Below, one piece after another: positions 60,284 through 64,000 of a stretch of DNA of 64,000 nucleotides. Under the pieces are notes generated by a model. The model did no database searches. It was not told the origin of the DNA and was given only the letters and a program-made list of their open reading frames with translations. Position 1 is the first letter of the stretch, and the number at the start of each line of letters is the position of its first letter. Location of the stretch: the IMG/VR virus record IMGVR_UViG_3300023174_000040, positions 248,001-312,000 of that record. One strand, 5' to 3'. A program made the position numbers and the translations under genes.

Positions 60284-60691
60284 ATGAAAAATTTTAAAGA
60301 ATGGCTAATAAACGAAGAAAAAGACGCTTGTTATTATAAGGTTAAAAGTAGATATTCAGTTTTTCCATCTGCATATTCGTCAGGCGCATTGGTCCAGTGT
60401 AGAAAAAAAGGAGCCAAAAATTGGGGCAACTCAAAAAATGAAAATCTTGAAGAATCAATTTTCAATAAAGAAAAAGAACAGGGACTTCATGGTTGGTTCA
60501 GCAGAAAAACAGGTGGATGGATAGATTGTAAGGCTAGTAAAAAAGGAAAATTAGTACCTTGTGGAAGAAAAAAAACAGGCAAAGGAACAGAAAGAGAATA
60601 TCCTGCGTGCCGACCTGTTTTATCAGCCTGTAATAAAAATAAAAATAAAAAAAAATCAAGTAAAAGAATTTCATGGAAAGGCGAGAAATAG
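60284..60691 (+). CDS. Basic Cys-containing phage protein with MKNFKEWL leader
   Basis: KDACYYKVKSRYSVFPSAYSSGALVQCRKKG motif recurrent in T4-like aquatic phages. Confidence 0.6.
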   Translation: MKNFKEWLINEEKDACYYKVKSRYSVFPSAYSSGALVQCRKKGAKNWGNSKNENLEESIFNKEKEQGLHGWFSRKTGGWIDCKASKKGKLVPCGRKKTGKGTEREYPACRPVLSACNKNKNKKKSSKRISWKGEK

Positions 60692-60700
60692 GTTTTTTAA

Positions 60701-61921
60701 ATGGCGAACATTGTTTTTAGTGATCCTTTTAATTTAAGAGCGAGATACGGTGCACCCAATTCTTTATCCTGGGATCAGAGAAATTTAGATTACATAGCAA
60801 AAATTGAATCAGCGAGAAACTACAAAGTATCATCGGCATCTCAAACCGCACCAGGAACACAAAACAGATCAAACTACACCAGTTGCGTAGACAATTATCA
60901 TTGTTTCTGGAATGGGGTAGGATGGACAGTAATACCAGCATGCTCATCCAGTTGGATAGGAGGTATGACCTTAATGCAAGTCACTCCCACTCCCACAGTG
61001 ACAAAAACAAGTACTCCAACTTTAACTCCAACTAAAACGCCTACTCCTACTTTAACAAATACTCCTACACCAACCAATACTAAAACATTAACTCCAACTA
61101 AAACTTCCACCCCCACTTTAACACCAACCAGAACTTCCACTCCCACCCCAACATCAACCCCAACATTAACTCCTACCAAAACAAGCACACCCACATTAAC
61201 CAGCACTCCTACTCTAACAATAGCTCCTCCAGCAATAGTGGAAGCATCCTTGCCATTCTATGATGATTTCAACAGACAAAATAACCCTTACATATCAGGT
61301 TATTGGCGTGAACGCATAGGAAATTTTATAATATCTAATAATTCTGCGGTGGGCGTGGATCCATCCATCTCTTTAATGACACTTAATGGAATAAGAGAAA
61401 AAGATTCTTTTATTAGTTGTTATGTGGATTTAATAAATTCATCGATACCTACGGGAGCAGCAAGATCATATATGCCTGTGGGTTCAGGAGGAGGAATTAT
61501 AACTAGATATACAGCCGATCCATATGGAGTATTTGGTGATGGGTATATGTATTTGGGAATGATTGCAAAAAATGGAACTACATATTACGGTCAAATATGG
61601 TCCAACAATGGATCATGGTCATTACTAAGTTCATCACCAATAAATTCTACAAACACCGTAGGCGTACTAGCTTTTAAAACATTGGGAAGTTCTTTAACAC
61701 TGTATTTTAATAATACACAAATAGTTTCTGTCATTAATACAAGCATCCCAGGATATGGTGGTATAGGCATAAGGGCTTTGGGCGCCAATTGTATTTTCGA
61801 CAACATGCAGGTTAGTTCAATATCAAATTATAATAGATCTAGAGATATTGATCAAAATTATATTAATTGGGGATTATTAAGAATGATAAATCAAAATAAT
61901 ATTTCAGGATGGGGTGAATAA
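60701..61921 (+). CDS. Protein with long TPTPT linker and beta-sandwich (lectin/GH-like) domain
   Basis: About 80 aa Thr/Pro repeat followed by DDFNR...FDN beta domain. Confidence 0.6.
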   Translation: MANIVFSDPFNLRARYGAPNSLSWDQRNLDYIAKIESARNYKVSSASQTAPGTQNRSNYTSCVDNYHCFWNGVGWTVIPACSSSWIGGMTLMQVTPTPTVTKTSTPTLTPTKTPTPTLTNTPTPTNTKTLTPTKTSTPTLTPTRTSTPTPTSTPTLTPTKTSTPTLTSTPTLTIAPPAIVEASLPFYDDFNRQNNPYISGYWRERIGNFIISNNSAVGVDPSISLMTLNGIREKDSFISCYVDLINSSIPTGAARSYMPVGSGGGIITRYTADPYGVFGDGYMYLGMIAKNGTTYYGQIWSNNGSWSLLSSSPINSTNTVGVLAFKTLGSSLTLYFNNTQIVSVINTSIPGYGGIGIRALGANCIFDNMQVSSISNYNRSRDIDQNYINWGLLRMINQNNISGWGE

Positions 61922-61922
61922 C

Positions 61923-64000
61923 ATGAAAGAAAAAATATATAATTTAGTATTAAAAGACATAAAAGATAAGACTTCATTCTTAGATGACATGAAAAAAGAC
62001 TCGGGAGATGAATATATTCCGGAAAAAAAATGTTTAGCTTTAAATAACACAAATTTACAAAGAAGAGTTTTATCTTTTAGATTAACAGAAGAAGAAGCAG
62101 AAAAACTTGAAAAAGATCCAAGAGTGGAAGCAATTCAACAGAAAATCCCTTATAAAATAAAACCCCTGATTCTAGATCCTGGTCGTGATTATGGTGAAGA
62201 AAAAAATATAAGAATGCAAGCTGCGCCGTCAGATGCAGTAGCAGCAATCTACAGAATACCAACAGGAGAAGATGTAGATGTTGTTGTAGTAGATGGACAC
62301 ATAGACCCAAATAATCCAGAGTTTGCATTAAGAAAAGATGGAACAGGCGGAAGCAGAGTAAACCAAATAGATTGGTTCAATGTTTTATATCCATATGGGG
62401 TTCCGGATAATTTCCGGCCATATGAAAAATACAATTATGAACCATATGTAAATCCAGACAATTATCTAGAAACAGAAGATAACAATCACGGTGCTCATGT
62501 AGGAGGAACAATAGCTGGAAATACTCAGGGTTGGGCACCAAAAGCAAATATATATAACATATCACCATATCACGCAGAGATGGTCGACGGCCGAGATTGG
62601 AGGTCAGATGGTCCGCATGATCTATATTTACATGCTATTAAAGTCTGGCACGAAAATAAACCAGTAAATATTAAAAAAGGAACAAAAAATCCCACTATAA
62701 CAAATCATAGCTACGGGGTTGGCATTGGTGGAATTGATGTCAGAAATATTATAGACGTAACATACAGAGGCGTAAAATATACTTCTACAAGAAATTATTC
62801 TGGGGCCAAGGCAACAACAACTGTTAATTCTGGTAAAGTTATTTCTGGGACCATTACAAATCAGGGAACAAATTACACAAATGAACCAACAGTGTCATTT
62901 TATGGGGGAGGACAAGCCAGAGCAAAAGCACCAGTCGGAAATGGAACAATATATGAAATAACAATAACCGATCCTGGGGAGGGGTATCCTTGCGCTCGCT
63001 GCGAGCGATATCCAACTTCATGGGTTGAGTGGGTTCCGATAACATTCAGCCCTGCTCCTGCGGGAGGTCAAACGGCAATAGGTAGAGGATCGATTAGGAT
63101 GGTTGAGGGGTCGGGAATTTATTATATAGAGATGCAAAACAGGGGAAGTGGTTATACTACTCCTCCTACTATAACTTTCCCTCCTCCTCCAAATGGAGGA
63201 AGAACAGCAAAGGCAACATGTAAAATAAAGTCTGGGGTTTTGAATGAACCCATTGTCAATAACGGAGGATCGGGGTATTTAAATTTTCCAGAAGTTATAT
63301 TAAGCGGAGGAAATCCTTCCACCCCAGCTCAAATAAGCATACTAGCCTTTGAGGATAATCATAAAGATGGTGATTTGAGCACAATTAAAAACGGTGATGT
63401 TTTTATAGAATATTACGGTGAACCAACTTATAAAATAGTTCAAGATAATATAAATGGAACAATATATGAAAGATATGTTGTTGAAAGTATAAAATACACC
63501 TGGTCGTGCGGAGAAGGCTACACCTCCGATCCAATTGTTAGCTTTTATGGCGGAAATTCTGTGGTGGATGGAGTTAAAACCGGGAATAAGGTAGAGGCAA
63601 GAGCGATTCTGGGTACCGGGGCTAATCAAGGAAAAATTATAGGATTAAATATAACATATCAAGGTTCAGGCTATACCTCACCACCAAATGTGGTATTTAC
63701 AAATGGAGGAGGGTTTTCAAAAGAACAATTAAATAATTTTGGATTAATATCTTATGCTTACTCGGATCCATTGATGCAAGGTAAAAGATTCATAGACATA
63801 GGAATAAGAACTATTACTATGGAAGCAGATTTAACAGACCTGATGAATTCTGGAGTAGTTGTTGTAGGGGCGGCGGGCAATAATTCCACCAAAATAGATG
63901 TGCCAGGAGGACCGGATTATGACAATAAACTAAATGTGGTAGTCCCAGGATTTGGTTGGTATCTACCAGAAGGAGTGGACCCAATATATTTTACTGAATT
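61923..64000 (+). CDS. S8 subtilisin-like protease with internal GSGYT repeats; 3'-truncated by window and absent from ORF track
   Basis: Own translation: VDVVVVDG (Asp), HGAHVGGTIAG (His), NHSYG, VVVGAAGNN (oxyanion Asn); frame open to window end. Confidence 0.85.
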   Translation, partial: MKEKIYNLVLKDIKDKTSFLDDMKKDSGDEYIPEKKCLALNNTNLQRRVLSFRLTEEEAEKLEKDPRVEAIQQKIPYKIKPLILDPGRDYGEEKNIRMQAAPSDAVAAIYRIPTGEDVDVVVVDGHIDPNNPEFALRKDGTGGSRVNQIDWFNVLYPYGVPDNFRPYEKYNYEPYVNPDNYLETEDNNHGAHVGGTIAGNTQGWAPKANIYNISPYHAEMVDGRDWRSDGPHDLYLHAIKVWHENKPVNIKKGTKNPTITNHSYGVGIGGIDVRNIIDVTYRGVKYTSTRNYSGAKATTTVNSGKVISGTITNQGTNYTNEPTVSFYGGGQARAKAPVGNGTIYEITITDPGEGYPCARCERYPTSWVEWVPITFSPAPAGGQTAIGRGSIRMVEGSGIYYIEMQNRGSGYTTPPTITFPPPPNGGRTAKATCKIKSGVLNEPIVNNGGSGYLNFPEVILSGGNPSTPAQISILAFEDNHKDGDLSTIKNGDVFIEYYGEPTYKIVQDNINGTIYERYVVESIKYTWSCGEGYTSDPIVSFYGGNSVVDGVKTGNKVEARAILGTGANQGKIIGLNITYQGSGYTSPPNVVFTNGGGFSKEQLNNFGLISYAYSDPLMQGKRFIDIGIRTITMEADLTDLMNSGVVVVGAAGNNSTKIDVPGGPDYDNKLNVVVPGFGWYLPEGVDPIYFTE

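Noticed and set aside
1-64000. Stop-codon reassignment, as in some jumbo phages
   Set aside because: Long genes are intact in the standard code, and TAG, TGA and TAA all end genes right before the next start (e.g. 912/915, 60691/60701)

Overview
AT-rich 64 kb segment of a large T4-like (myovirus-type, probably jumbo) bacteriophage genome read in the standard genetic code. It carries baseplate/tail genes (1-13.8 kb), a GIY-YIG homing endonuclease followed by an actin-fold ATPase, a primase and a PD-(D/E)XK nuclease, a large terminase, and a head module (core protein, gp21-type protease, scaffold, gp23-type major capsid). Downstream are a TnsA-type endonuclease cassette, one tRNA-Gly(TCC), and a GC-richer island of fibre/receptor-binding-like genes. 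The strongest unexplained signal is a ~0.9 kb ORF-free, heavily structured minus-strand RNA (about 50528-51434) with its own sigma70-like promoter, at least six GNRA tetraloops, a cUUCGg loop and a 15-bp terminator; it is either a GOLLD/ROOL-class giant RNA or a new class. Other notable patterns: about 8 small genes with a T4 internal-protein-like capsid-targeting leader; candidate glycosyl- and sulfotransferases beside many Thr/Pro-rich linkers; proteases of several classes, two sharing a C-terminal tag; a poly-acidic protein next to the terminase; and a recoded capsid 3' end next to the endonuclease. All family assignments come from motif recognition by eye; no searches were run.
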